A stretch of 64,000 nt of DNA, taken from contig DADA01000014.1 of assembly GCA_002494895.1 (NCBI GenBank), forward strand, positions 9,375 to 73,374, given 5' to 3'. Positions within the stretch are counted from its first letter, which is position 1. Each line of letters begins with the position of its first letter. Positions 34,768 to 44,875 of this stretch are shown piece after piece. The DNA comes from Nitrososphaera sp. UBA210 (GTDB taxonomy: Archaea > Thermoproteota > Nitrososphaeria > Nitrososphaerales > Nitrososphaeraceae). The notes beneath the pieces are model-generated. The model saw nothing but the letters and a program-made list of their open reading frames with translations. It was not told the origin of the DNA and searched no databases. The position numbers and the translations under genes were made by a program.

Positions 34768-35380
34768 GCCCTTTTCTCCTTTTTTGCTTCTTTGAATCCA
34801 GATCGGCAAGCCGCAATGGTTCTGGTATGCCGCCTTTTCCCAGCTCTATCACGATCTTTACGGCAGTTTCCAGGCTTATCCTGTGGCCTACGCTGATGTA
34901 CAGCTTTTTCTTTCCGGCAATATCTATGGCATGACCAAGGATCTCACCTTCCAGTTCAATCATATTGTCACTCCGGACCATTCCGCAGAGCAATTTCTTG
35001 GCAACTCCGATAGTGGGCATGTCAAGCGTCACTCCCACGTAGCACGCCAGACCGCATTTCCTCGGGTGGAGCAGCCCGTGGCCATCGACCAGAAGCATGT
35101 CAAAGTCACTGTTCAGCGTCTTTAGCGTTCGGAATACCGGCCCTGCTTCTCTCAGCATGAGCAGGCCGGGCACGTACGGGTGCCTGACAATGCTCTTGGT
35201 GCGAGCAGTTTCTATCACGGCGCCGGCCCTGTCCATGACTACGGCAGAACAATACGCGACATCATTGTCGTATGCGACATCCACTCCGCAGACACTGTCG
35301 ATGTTGTCGAACAAATCACTCCGGATTATTTTTTTGGCGAACTCTTGCTGCAGCCTCACCGCGTCGCTAAAGTCAGTCAT
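34757..35380 (-). CDS. nfi: Endonuclease V
   Basis: GVDVAY, PYVPGLLMLRE, VDGHGLLHPR, IGVAK and YISVGH. Confidence 0.95.
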   Translation of the reverse strand: MTDFSDAVRLQQEFAKKIIRSDLFDNIDSVCGVDVAYDNDVAYCSAVVMDRAGAVIETARTKSIVRHPYVPGLLMLREAGPVFRTLKTLNSDFDMLLVDGHGLLHPRKCGLACYVGVTLDMPTIGVAKKLLCGMVRSDNMIELEGEILGHAIDIAGKKKLYISVGHRISLETAVKIVIELGKGGIPEPLRLADLDSKKQKRRKGPRL

Positions 35381-36872
35381 TGCGGCCCGCTATGATGGCT
35401 GTGAGCCTCGAAGCCTTTATCGCTTCCTCGATAAAGGAGTCGCCTGCTGCCACGATTATTTCGGTAAAGCCGTTTGCTGCCACAAAGCTCTGCAGCGATT
35501 CGGTAAAGCTGGGATAATCCTCAAGCTTGCGGGCCTCCCTGGATGCAATGTTGTGGGACGCCGGAAAAATGTCTGATATCTCGGCGGGGATTATGCCAAG
35601 AAAAGGATTGTAGCTGCAGACCTGCGCTTCAGGGAAGTTCCTGATAATTTCTCTGAAGCCTCGAGTCGAATAGAACGGATTAATCTCGCCCTCCGGGCAG
35701 AGGACAAGCTTTTTTCCTGATGACTTGAATTGCGATGCCATGCGCCGGTACCGCCTTGCCTCCGGTCTGTACTGGTCTATGGGATCGTAGAAATAAATCG
35801 CCTTTTCTTTGAAAAGGGGAGTCCCGGCTTCGAGCTGGTCAAGGCCGGCGAAAAGCCTCGCAGCCTCCATCAGCTTTGGATGGGCGCGCGCCTTTTGCAT
35901 CACATACTCCCATAGCCGGCCGTCAACGATTGCCTGCTTTACCGCGTCGACTTCCGCCTTTAGCACGTGCAGGTTATGCTTTGCAATTTCTATCACCCTG
36001 CCGTCATTCTCTGTTCCGCGCAGCTCGGCCGCAGTATGAGAAGAGCAGACCGGGCACCGGCATGGCAGGTAGGCCAGCTCGTCCAGCCTGACCGTTCCAT
36101 TCGGAGTCATGTACCTGCCGTCCTTTGCATAAAGCATGTAGGAAGCAGAGTCGAACATGTCGCAGCCAAGCGCAACTGCAAGTGGGATCGTGAGCGGATG
36201 GCCCGCGCCAAAAAGGTGGATCGGCTTTGCCGGGATCATGCGCTTTGCAGCAGCAATCATTTTTGCGAGCGCGGCAAACTCGTACGCCTCCATCAGCTCC
36301 ACGGGGCTTCCAAGGGCCATCAGCTGAAACCCCATGCCATCGAGCTGTCGGGCCGAATGCTCGACGAGGTCGGTGTGCTCTGCTCCCTGCACAGGGCCGA
36401 CCCATATCGCGTCGGTGTCGCCCACTACTCGGAGCGTTTCCTCTGAATTTTTCAGCGTGGCTTCGACATATTCTCTCGCCTTCTCGTATTCCAGCCCATA
36501 GCCCGTGGGCTTGTCAAGTGGGATCGGTATGTCGCTTTTGATGTCCTTTTCAAACTGCGCCATGACGCCCGGCTCGACTTCGACAGAGCCGTACTCCAGC
36601 ACCTGGTAGCCGCCAGAGTCAGTCATCACCGCGCCGTCAAAACCGATGATGTCGTGAATCCCCCGGCGCCTGGCTTCGTCGCCGTAATGCCTGAGGGTAA
36701 TGTACGCGTTTGTAATTACGACGCCAAAGCCCATCTTTTTCAGAAACTGGGTGCTGACTGACTGCCTGACAGGATGGACCACCGGGACAAATGCCGGCGT
36801 CTCTATGGTGCCGTGGGGTGTCTCGAGCCTTCCTATCCTACCCGCAAGATCCGAGTACCGGACCTCAAGCAC
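35373..36872 (-). CDS. tgtA: tRNA-guanine(15) transglycosylase (archaeosine)
   Basis: ETPAFVPV, MTDSGGYQ, HLFGAGHP, FDSASY, C-x-C-x2-C and HNL. Confidence 0.95.
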   Translation of the reverse strand: MLEVRYSDLAGRIGRLETPHGTIETPAFVPVVHPVRQSVSTQFLKKMGFGVVITNAYITLRHYGDEARRRGIHDIIGFDGAVMTDSGGYQVLEYGSVEVEPGVMAQFEKDIKSDIPIPLDKPTGYGLEYEKAREYVEATLKNSEETLRVVGDTDAIWVGPVQGAEHTDLVEHSARQLDGMGFQLMALGSPVELMEAYEFAALAKMIAAAKRMIPAKPIHLFGAGHPLTIPLAVALGCDMFDSASYMLYAKDGRYMTPNGTVRLDELAYLPCRCPVCSSHTAAELRGTENDGRVIEIAKHNLHVLKAEVDAVKQAIVDGRLWEYVMQKARAHPKLMEAARLFAGLDQLEAGTPLFKEKAIYFYDPIDQYRPEARRYRRMASQFKSSGKKLVLCPEGEINPFYSTRGFREIIRNFPEAQVCSYNPFLGIIPAEISDIFPASHNIASREARKLEDYPSFTESLQSFVAANGFTEIIVAAGDSFIEEAIKASRLTAIIAGRND

Positions 36873-36874
36873 AT

Positions 36875-37288
36875 CTACTTTCTTGTCTCCCGCATAAACT
36901 CGTCATAGATCTGCCTGACCCTGTCTGCCGCAAGCCCCGTTCCCTCCTCGATGCCGGCCTGGGTCACCTTTATCTTGTCCATGACTATTATGGCGCCAAC
37001 GTCTTCGCGTATCTTTACAAGCCCCGGGAACACCCTTGCAATCCTCTCTGAAAGGGCCTTGAAATCAAACGGCCTTTCAAGCAGCCGTATTTCCTTCACG
37101 TACGAGCCGTTTACGATCAGCTTTAGTATGCCGTGGCCTTCAACGTGGTCAAGAACTACGTCGAGCCTTTCGTCGATGCCGGCAAGCGTGCCATTGTAAG
37201 CCTTGTTATCCGAAGTCTCTATGGAGACTTTTTTTCCGAGGAACTGGAGTGCCTCCTCTCCAAATTTGCGAGTAACAACTGCAGCCAT
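36875..37288 (-). CDS. Lsm protein, SmAP3-type (Sm domain plus C-terminal domain)
   Basis: Sm fold (YNGTLAGID..LDVVL, IVNGS) with C-terminal extension. Confidence 0.85.
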   Translation of the reverse strand: MAAVVTRKFGEEALQFLGKKVSIETSDNKAYNGTLAGIDERLDVVLDHVEGHGILKLIVNGSYVKEIRLLERPFDFKALSERIARVFPGLVKIREDVGAIIVMDKIKVTQAGIEEGTGLAADRVRQIYDEFMRETRK

Positions 37289-37328
37289 TCTTGCTCGATA
37301 TGGTTCTGGCTGATATATATACGAAGTT

Positions 37329-37862
37329 TTATTTCACGCTGTCAGAGAGGCGCCCAAGCGCTCTTTTCCAGAATGTTCTAGCCGGCTCTACCTGCTTTGA
37401 ATTCGCAAGCCTGCTGTGCTGCACGCTAACCTGGCACTTTGACCTGCCCTTTGGACTGAAATACACTTCAACGCTTATCTTTCCGTCAGGCCAGGTGATC
37501 CGGAGCGATTTGTTTTTCCTCCGCCTCCTTATCACGAACTTTTTTTTCAGCCACTTGCTTCGCAATTCTACGACGATCCAGTGGCGATAAAGTTTGCCTA
37601 CTGGAACATCAAAAGTTCTGCTCACGCCCACCGAATAGCCGCCGGCGGTTTGATGAACCTCTCGCATGCCGCGATCCCGCTCGTAGCTGACGGCAATCAT
37701 CTGGCTCCACCAGCCGCTGACAGCAAGTTTCTCGTACAGGTGCCCGGCAATCTCTTTGTGGCTCATCTTTTTCGCGCCGGCCCTGTCCAGGATCCCGAAC
37801 CACTGTTTCCAGCTCTTGCCCGTCCTCTTGATCACCGAGTCATCGCTGAGTGCCTTGGCCAT
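37329..37862 (-). CDS. DUF4287/SRPBCC-like protein
   Basis: KRTGKSWKQW...SHKEIA...GWWSQ N-terminal domain plus START-like C-terminal domain; start at MAKALS. Confidence 0.75.
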   Translation of the reverse strand: MAKALSDDSVIKRTGKSWKQWFGILDRAGAKKMSHKEIAGHLYEKLAVSGWWSQMIAVSYERDRGMREVHQTAGGYSVGVSRTFDVPVGKLYRHWIVVELRSKWLKKKFVIRRRRKNKSLRITWPDGKISVEVYFSPKGRSKCQVSVQHSRLANSKQVEPARTFWKRALGRLSDSVK

Positions 37863-37896
37863 GCCCACTTTTGATCGCACGAAAATGTAAAGCTTT

Positions 37897-38472
37897 TCAA
37901 TAATCAAAGAACTTTTGGATGTCGTCCTTTTCGGAAATGAGTGCGAGCCAGTCCACAACGCCTGTGCGTTTCGGCGACTTGCGGCGCAGCGTCGAAACTA
38001 TTTCGCCAGCGGTCTGCTCGGGAGTCCTGCCCGTGGTGTCAAACTCGGCCACCTTTTGCCTGCCAAAGGTCTTGACAGAGTCGTAGAAAGAAACGCCCAG
38101 AATCTCGCTTGACACGTTCTCGCGGACCTTGCCGTAATCGTATTGCCTGCCTTCCAGAGTTTTCTGCAGCTCGTACGGGGACCTGCGAAGGACCGCGGCC
38201 ATGTCAATTCCAGCGGGCTTTAGCACGTAAGGCGCAAGGTGCCCCACCACAATGAGATCGTCTTTGGAGCGTAGAAGCCTGCCGAGCTGGCCCGTCAGTT
38301 TTTTGACATCCACATCCAGCCCGCGGCCGGTCTTTTTCAGAATGGCGCCCTCTTCGATCGCTATGCTGTTGATGTCAACCACATCCGCCCCGGTCTTTTT
38401 CGCAACCAGCCTTGCGCTGGTATGCTTGCCAACCCCGGGGTTGCCGGTAATGACCAGCCGGAATTCTTTCAA
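37897..38472 (-). CDS. Archaeal adenylate kinase (AK6/Fap7 type)
   Basis: ITGNPGVGKH P-loop, VGHL, R.Y..KVRENV and VDW. Confidence 0.88.
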   Translation of the reverse strand: MKEFRLVITGNPGVGKHTSARLVAKKTGADVVDINSIAIEEGAILKKTGRGLDVDVKKLTGQLGRLLRSKDDLIVVGHLAPYVLKPAGIDMAAVLRRSPYELQKTLEGRQYDYGKVRENVSSEILGVSFYDSVKTFGRQKVAEFDTTGRTPEQTAGEIVSTLRRKSPKRTGVVDWLALISEKDDIQKFFDY

Positions 38473-38544
38473 TGGGGGATATTTGCGGAGTGGGTATTTC
38501 CACCTTGCTGATATCTTTATCGGCTGGTCCCACGAATTAATGCC

Positions 38545-38661
38545 ATGCGGGCCTGTGAATCATGCGGCAGGGTCAGGTTCTACTCAATCAATTTCCTCTT
38601 CTCAAAAACGATCTGCAACGAATGCTACATGAAAATGAAGGAGAGGCAGGGCAAGGCCTAG
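38545..38661 (+). CDS. 38-aa Zn-finger microprotein (not in ORF track)
   Basis: MRACESCGRVRFYSINFLFSKTICNECYMKMKERQGKA; CTTTAT about 25 nt upstream. Confidence 0.6.
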   Translation: MRACESCGRVRFYSINFLFSKTICNECYMKMKERQGKA

Positions 38662-39074
38662 CCCTGTGCGCTTCCGCACTTGTTGCAGAACTTGGCATTG
38701 CTCTTCATCCTGCCGCCGCAATGGATGCAGAATTTCATTTCAGGCTCCAGAGTTTCTCTGTCCAGAGGGGTCAGCTGCGGCGGTATCAAGTCTCCAGTCC
38801 GCGCCGTCTCGCCTCCCTTGTACATGTCGGTGACGGCGCCTGATGGCCTGAAAGAATCATCTACGTCCGGGGCAAGATCCGAATCCTTCTTGGCGCCCTT
38901 TTCTTCAAGGTATGCCAGGAGCCGGGGCCCGCGCTCGCCGGTTGACGGAACGTTGACCTGATCTCCAAGCCACAATGCAAATTTCCTCAGAGTCATCTCG
39001 GGGGTTGAAAATGTGAGCGAGTGGGTTGACATGTACTCTTCGGTGGCGGCCCTGCCGTTGAAAGCCTTGGTCAT
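38658..39074 (-). CDS. Zinc-ribbon domain protein
   Basis: C-terminal FCIHCG...FCNKCG. Confidence 0.85.
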   Translation of the reverse strand: MTKAFNGRAATEEYMSTHSLTFSTPEMTLRKFALWLGDQVNVPSTGERGPRLLAYLEEKGAKKDSDLAPDVDDSFRPSGAVTDMYKGGETARTGDLIPPQLTPLDRETLEPEMKFCIHCGGRMKSNAKFCNKCGSAQG

Positions 39075-39104
39075 TGTTCAGAACTGTCAAAAAGTGGCTA
39101 TTAT

Positions 39105-39611
39105 CTATTGCGAACGGCCGCATTTGCTGCAGAATTTTGCCTTCGATGGTATAGTGGCCCCGCAGATGATGCAGTTCTTGCTCGTTGGGCGCGGGATCTC
39201 GATGTCAACATTTCGGAAGGTGGGCTCTATCTGTGGAGATGGCAGCGTGTATTCCGTGCTTCCGCCCCCGGCTGATGGCCCGACTGTCCCGCCTGCGCTG
39301 ACGAACCCGCCAATACCAAACCCTGCCTGCGGGCCAGACGGGGAAGAGCTGCCCCCGGTAGGGCTCTTTATCGACGTGCCCTTGTCCATCGCGCCCTTCA
39401 TCTCTAGAATCACGCGCACCGCGAGAAAATTGAGCGCCGACATTGCCACCATGTACTCGCCTATCTTGGCAAAGAATTCCTTCTCGTTTATCCTGCCCTG
39501 CCTGTAGAGCTGGTTCGCGTCGATGAATGTCTCGTACAGGTTCTGGGTGTCGTTGATCAGCTGCTTTAGCTTTTCAGTCAACCCTCCGAGAGTGTCGACG
39601 CCAAAAGACAT
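39105..39611 (-). CDS. Zinc-ribbon domain protein with helical N-terminal domain
   Basis: C-terminal CIICG...FCSKCG; G/S/P-rich linker. Confidence 0.85.
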   Translation of the reverse strand: MSFGVDTLGGLTEKLKQLINDTQNLYETFIDANQLYRQGRINEKEFFAKIGEYMVAMSALNFLAVRVILEMKGAMDKGTSIKSPTGGSSSPSGPQAGFGIGGFVSAGGTVGPSAGGGSTEYTLPSPQIEPTFRNVDIEIPRPTSKNCIICGATIPSKAKFCSKCGRSQ

Positions 39612-39661
39612 TGATGAAAAAGAAAGGTGAAGCGGGCTTTAAAAATTGTTGGTATGCCCGC

Positions 39662-41032
39662 TCAAGAGTAGTTATTTCCGCGGTTCTGTCCGCCATAGCT
39701 GCGCCTTCCGCCGCCATAGCTTCTGCCACCGCTGCTGCGCCTGTTGCCATAGCCACCGCCTCCATAGCTGCGCCTGGAGCCGCCATAGCCCCTTCCACTT
39801 CCGCCGCTGCGGCTGCCATAGCCGCCGCCTCCATACCCGCCGGAGTGTCGGCGGTAGCCGCCGTACGAGTTGCGCTGCGTGGCCACCGGCACCGCGATTC
39901 CGAGCTCGTCGTTGAGCTTGCGGATCGGGAGCTTTGTCAGCCCAAGTATCCTTTCAAAGTCAGCGACTCTGTCCTGAGAGACGAGCGATATTGCTTTGCC
40001 TACTCCGCCTGCCCTCGCCGTCCTTCCAATCCTGTGGAAGTAAACGTTGGGATCGTCGGGGACGTCGTAGTTGATCACGTGGCCGACTGCTGGCACGTCG
40101 ATTCCCCTGGCGGCGATGTCAGTTGCAACAAGGATGTCTTCGGTCCCCTTTCTGAACTTGAACATCGAATTGTCCCTCTGCTTCTGGGTCAAGTCGCCGT
40201 GGATGGTGACTGCCCTAAAGCCGTCCTGCCTTAACTTGTACGACAGCCTGTCCGCCCTCTGCTTTGTGGCTGCAAACACTATGGTCTGCGCCTTTTCGCT
40301 CTGGTTCTGCTTGATAAAGTTGGTCAGGTGCCTTATTTTTTCCCGCTCTTCGACTACCAGGTAAGACTGGTCTATGGTGTCTAGCGCGACTTCTTCCTCG
40401 TTGAGCCTCACTTCCTCAATGTCGTCCTTCATGTATTCCTCTGCGAGCCTCAGGATCTCTGGTGGCATCGTTGCGGAGAAAAGGCATGTCTGCCTGTCCT
40501 CGTTTACGTAGAACAGGATGAACTTGATGTCGTCAATGAATCCCATGTCGAGCATCCTGTCAGCCTCGTCGAGCACAACGAACTTTACATAGTCCAGAAT
40601 TATCGAGCCCTGCTTGATGTGGTCGATAAGCCTGCCGGGCGTAGCGACAACTATCTGCACGCCTCGCCTCAGCTTGTCTAGCTGCACGTTGATGCTCTGG
40701 CCTCCGTAGATGGAGACCATCCTGATTCCTGTGTACTTTGCGAACCGGCTTATCTCATTTGTTACCTGCACCGCAAGTTCCCTTGTCGGGGCAAGTATCA
40801 GCGCCTGCACTGGGCCATCTGGCTTTATGCGGGACAAAATGGGCAGTCCAAATGCTGCCGTCTTGCCGGTCCCTGTGTGCGCCTGCCCCACGACATCTTT
40901 ACCCTGTAAAATAAGGGGTATAGCTGCCTCTTGTATGGGGAAGGGCTCATCGAATTTATTTTCTCTGAGTGCTCTTGTTAACTCTGCACTCAGACCCAAT
41001 TCTTCAAACGTCTTGGTCATTTCTTTTTTCAC
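39662..41032 (-). CDS. DEAD-box RNA helicase with Gly/Arg/Tyr-rich tail
   Basis: Q motif, AHTGTGKT, PTREL, DEAD, SAT, ARGID and HRIGRTAR. Confidence 0.97.
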   Translation of the reverse strand: MKKEMTKTFEELGLSAELTRALRENKFDEPFPIQEAAIPLILQGKDVVGQAHTGTGKTAAFGLPILSRIKPDGPVQALILAPTRELAVQVTNEISRFAKYTGIRMVSIYGGQSINVQLDKLRRGVQIVVATPGRLIDHIKQGSIILDYVKFVVLDEADRMLDMGFIDDIKFILFYVNEDRQTCLFSATMPPEILRLAEEYMKDDIEEVRLNEEEVALDTIDQSYLVVEEREKIRHLTNFIKQNQSEKAQTIVFAATKQRADRLSYKLRQDGFRAVTIHGDLTQKQRDNSMFKFRKGTEDILVATDIAARGIDVPAVGHVINYDVPDDPNVYFHRIGRTARAGGVGKAISLVSQDRVADFERILGLTKLPIRKLNDELGIAVPVATQRNSYGGYRRHSGGYGGGGYGSRSGGSGRGYGGSRRSYGGGGYGNRRSSGGRSYGGGRRSYGGQNRGNNYS

Positions 41033-41250
41033 TTTGTGTGTATGTATGCTTTTGCATTACAACAAAAGCCAAGGGAAGATGTGAAAAGCCGTTTAATCGT
41101 ACTTGTCCAAATCCGCCGTCTGTGACTCTTGCTTGCTCTAGATTGGGCGGACAGAGATATAAGGTATACGATGGAAGGTGTTACCCTAGGGGAAGAAGTT
41201 ACAGACCATCTTACAACTGCCTGGCGAAAAAAAGAGGGTGAGGAGCGTTT

Positions 41251-42102
41251 TCAGTATCTAATGTCAAGCTCGTGTGCTCCGCCCCTCGTAACTTCAAAGC
41301 CGTTCACTACCCTGTCAGTGCCGTCAGGGAATGCCACAACGATCACGTACTCGCCTGGCGGCAGGCTTAGACCGAACTGACCGTTGACAGAGACGAACGC
41401 GCTTGCAACAAAGTCTGTTCCCTGCTGGACTGCCAGTACTGTTGCGCCTATTGCCGGCAGGCCTCCGGGCCCAGCCACGTATCCATGCACTACTCCAGGC
41501 TCGGTCCCTGCGGGAAGCGCCGTATTGACGTTGGTATTTGGCGGGATGCCTCCGCTGATGATAAAGCCGGCGAGCGCCAAGGCTCCCGCTATCCCGACTG
41601 CCGTATAGATTGCTAGTCTGTAGCTTTTCCCTTTTGTTTCAATGACTTTTGGCTCGGATACCTCCGGTTGTGCCTGCATGGACGGCTGGGGCGGTTCGCT
41701 TCTCCACGTTTCCTTGTGAAGCCTGTCACGGTGATCATGGGATGCGCCATAGCTTCCGAGGCCGCCGGTGTACTCGCCGGTCACTTCGAGCACGTCTTCC
41801 GAGTCGGATATTTCTTTCAGGATATCTAGCGTGAGCTTTTGGTTGGTCACGTAGTGAGTCCCGTTGTCATATATTGCAGGGCTCATGCCTGTCTTGTTGA
41901 TTATGTAGTTCCGCACTTCTTCGGTGTCGAGCCCTCCTTTGGTAAAGACCTCCAGAAGGTACATCGGCACAATGTCGGGGTTCTCCATCTGGCGGAGCAG
42001 AAGGTTATCTACAAGCGCAGGGTCAACTTTTGGCAGATGCGTCCTGTAGTTCTTTTGCAGCTCCTCAAACTGCAGCTTTAGCTCCAGTAGTTCTGTTGTC
42101 AT
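41251..42102 (-). CDS. Membrane protein with C-terminal carboxypeptidase-regulatory-like beta-sandwich
   Basis: Start at MTTELL; one TM; GVVHGYV...GATV...GQFGLSLPPGEY. Confidence 0.75.
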   Translation of the reverse strand: MTTELLELKLQFEELQKNYRTHLPKVDPALVDNLLLRQMENPDIVPMYLLEVFTKGGLDTEEVRNYIINKTGMSPAIYDNGTHYVTNQKLTLDILKEISDSEDVLEVTGEYTGGLGSYGASHDHRDRLHKETWRSEPPQPSMQAQPEVSEPKVIETKGKSYRLAIYTAVGIAGALALAGFIISGGIPPNTNVNTALPAGTEPGVVHGYVAGPGGLPAIGATVLAVQQGTDFVASAFVSVNGQFGLSLPPGEYVIVVAFPDGTDRVVNGFEVTRGGAHELDIRY

Positions 42103-42276
42103 GGCTTGATTATCGTGCCGGTTCATAGATATACTTCTTTGAAGACGCGCGTTCAAAATAGACAGAACGGGTAAATTCTTACACTTGCTGCTTAAGCAGC
42201 CTCTGCCAGCGTCTAAGATACGGCCTATCCCGCACCGCACGAAAAATCTTAATTATCGCCGGCGCTGTTCTTAACT

Positions 42277-43104
42277 GTGGAAGGCGAGAATGGCGAAATC
42301 GATACGACTTCGCTGGTCGCCGGTTTATTCATGGAGCTTGCCAGCGAAACCCGGCTCTCTATTCTGATGTCACTTTACAAGAAACCATCCAGGCTAAGCT
42401 CACTTTCAAGGGAGCTCAACACTACAGTCCAGGACGTCTACCGCAACCTGAACAGGATGACAGGGGAAGGTCTTGTCACAAAGGGCGATGGTATGTTCAG
42501 CATCACCGAGTACGGCATGATGGTAGTCAACCAGGTTCCATATTTTACATTCATGAAGAAGCACCATCTGTTCTTTGAGTCGCATAGCATTACCAGGAGC
42601 GGAATCCCGGCAAAGTTCCTGCTCAGGGTCGGAGAGCTTGCGGAATGCGAAATGGTAAGCAGCGTCACAGCGGTATTCCAGAGGCTGAAAAAGATGGAAT
42701 CTGGAGCAAACCGCTCGTTGAAGGCTCTGGTAGCCCAGGCGTGGCCTGAAGAGGGCCAGATATTCATTGACCGGGCTTCACAGGGGATTAACGTGTTCGC
42801 TATCACCGGCCACAACACCGTACTGCCTGTGAGTGTAGCCGAAACAGTCGCCAATTCATTGGAAAAGCTTGCTTCCGCAGGTTTTTTCAAGCCAAAGATG
42901 ATCGAGAAAGTGAGCGTCGCGATATACGTAGTTGATGACACTCAGGCTGCAATCATTTTCCCGAATAAAGGCGGAGAGGTTGACATGACCACGCTTTTCG
43001 TAAGCGAGGATAGAATGTTTTGCGACTGGTGCTCGGATGTGTTCGAGTACTTCTGGCAGGGTGCCAAACGTTCGGACACAAAGAAGATGAAGCTCGTGGA
43101 ATGA
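42277..43104 (+). CDS. Archaeal winged-helix transcriptional regulator (ArsR-like N-terminal domain plus DUF1724-like C-terminal domain)
   Basis: LASETRLSIL...VYRNLNRM..EGLV.K...ITEYG; WCSDVFEYFW. Confidence 0.85.
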   Translation: MEGENGEIDTTSLVAGLFMELASETRLSILMSLYKKPSRLSSLSRELNTTVQDVYRNLNRMTGEGLVTKGDGMFSITEYGMMVVNQVPYFTFMKKHHLFFESHSITRSGIPAKFLLRVGELAECEMVSSVTAVFQRLKKMESGANRSLKALVAQAWPEEGQIFIDRASQGINVFAITGHNTVLPVSVAETVANSLEKLASAGFFKPKMIEKVSVAIYVVDDTQAAIIFPNKGGEVDMTTLFVSEDRMFCDWCSDVFEYFWQGAKRSDTKKMKLVE

Positions 43105-43308
43105 CTTGACTGTATGCGATAACTGTGACCAAAATTCGATCTACACCATGAGCGAACCGGATTCATCTATCGTGAACCAGTATGTCATCCGACCCAATCC
43201 TCAGATACCCAATTGCTTTCAGATAGTCGTTGGGCTGGAGCGATATTCTGTATCCAGCATTACTTCATTTTGAATCGCGCTTTTGCAATCTTGCACGCCA
43301 TCCGAAGT

Positions 43309-43788
43309 CTAGCGTTTCGTATATACTTCTTTCACGGCTACGCCGTACTCCAAAACAATCCTCTTTCGCATGTACGGCACAAGTCGATAATGTAACGAAT
43401 AATATCCACTTTCCTTTACCAGCAATCCTCTGGTAACAAGGGAAATGAATCCTCCTGCTATCTTTGAAGGATGCTGAATCCCGTATGATTTGCAGAACCG
43501 GTTTCTTTTCAGGTGATATTCTTTCAAGGAAAAATACTGCCGGTTAGTGTCAAGTATTAGCGGCCACACAACATATTCCCATACGAGTCTGCGATGTTCT
43601 GTTGATTTTGCGTGCTTTCCTTTTCGTGTTGACTCTTGATGCGCTTTCTCTAGGCCAAGGCCTTTGTATTCTTGCCCTGCATGTAGAACTATGTCATTAA
43701 TGGAGCCTACCTGCTTATAGGGATTTGTTAGTCGTCCAAGCCGGAAATCCATCAAGAGCTTTTTATTTATCTCATTCTTTCTAGCCAC
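43309..43788 (-). CDS. Hypothetical basic protein, possible C-terminal winged helix
   Basis: 159-aa ORF; ISLVTRGLLVKESGYYSL. Confidence 0.6.
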   Translation of the reverse strand: MARKNEINKKLLMDFRLGRLTNPYKQVGSINDIVLHAGQEYKGLGLEKAHQESTRKGKHAKSTEHRRLVWEYVVWPLILDTNRQYFSLKEYHLKRNRFCKSYGIQHPSKIAGGFISLVTRGLLVKESGYYSLHYRLVPYMRKRIVLEYGVAVKEVYTKR

Positions 43789-44070
43789 CAGGTCATTACA
43801 AGGCGGCGGGATGAATTATTAGTCAGTGCAAGAATTCATGATGACGTTATGGAGTCTCGGTTTTCTTCCGACCTTTGGCTTCAGGAAAAAACTTTTACTT
43901 CTGCGATTACTCACTGGCGCCTCCATGGGAGAATCTAGCTGCAGCCGTTACCACCCGAAGGTAGTCGGATCATCAATCACATAACTTGGAAAAAGAGATA
44001 CGCCGTATAGGATCCATCACAGTGAAATGCCTTGCGTTGATAGTGAGGTTAGCTCTACGCTGGACCCGGA

Positions 44071-44478
44071 CTATGCTGGCAGCCATTTACTAATGTGGGG
44101 CAGCACTTTGTCTTCAATGATGTCAGTTACCCCAGAGCCACTCTCAAAGGAAATCAGAAGAAAGAAGCTAGGTTTTTCCTTTGAAGAAATAGTGACAGTC
44201 GCGCGGATCAGCTTCTCGTAAATGCCCATGGAATAGCGAAGCTTGCCGAGCTTTGACTGAAAGGTTTCCCTCATCAAGGCGCGCGTCACTGCTTCCAATG
44301 CGTATTGTTCGGTCTCTTTTTTCGTCATTAATGGGGCGAGACCTGGCCGGTATGCGGATGTAACCATACGACCGAGGTGATTTGCAACTCCTGCAAACCT
44401 GACTGAACGATCCTTTCCCAAAATCTCTTCGCACAATTTCTGCAGCTTTTTCTCATCTGTCGTCTGTTTTTCTGTCAA
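44071..44478 (-). CDS. Roadblock/profilin-like protein (DUF6659-like)
   Basis: VRFAGVAN..GRMV..AYRPGL.PL...KLGKLRY. Confidence 0.75.
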   Translation of the reverse strand: MTEKQTTDEKKLQKLCEEILGKDRSVRFAGVANHLGRMVTSAYRPGLAPLMTKKETEQYALEAVTRALMRETFQSKLGKLRYSMGIYEKLIRATVTISSKEKPSFFLLISFESGSGVTDIIEDKVLPHISKWLPA

Positions 44479-44875
44479 CGAGACCTAGATTATCCAACTG
44501 CGTTCGTCCTATTATCATTGCCTGTCAGTCATGCCGGGACATAGGTTCTGTTCATGCAGTTCTAGAATGCCATTTCTTGGTTGCTAACACGGATCGCTGT
44601 ATCACCACACCATGAGATTTATTCCAGCGACAGTTCACAAACGAACGCTTCGTTCCGATATCGCATTTAAGGCGATCCGCATACATTACACGAATAAATT
44701 CTTCGTCTTCGGTTCTTGCACCATCCAATTTGTGCCCTGACTTTAGTGAATAATGGCTTGGCAGCGCGGCCGAGCAATACGCGCGACTTGCTTGAGAAGC
44801 CTTCTGACCTCTTGCCACTTAATATGTGACAATCAATATCGTGAAACGTTTTATGTTTGGTAGTAGTTTATATCC

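Noticed and set aside
39611..40234. Ala-rich 207-aa ORF and GCCATAGC-type short repeats
   Set aside because: Reverse complement of the YGGG-rich DEAD-box tail; a coding low-complexity repeat, not a CRISPR array or separate gene
43880..43976. Minus-strand TGATGA, a UUCG hairpin (43950-43965) and a distant CTGA, suggesting a C/D sRNA or hammerhead
   Set aside because: Box spacing is too long, there are no clear C'/D' boxes, and the hammerhead core is incomplete
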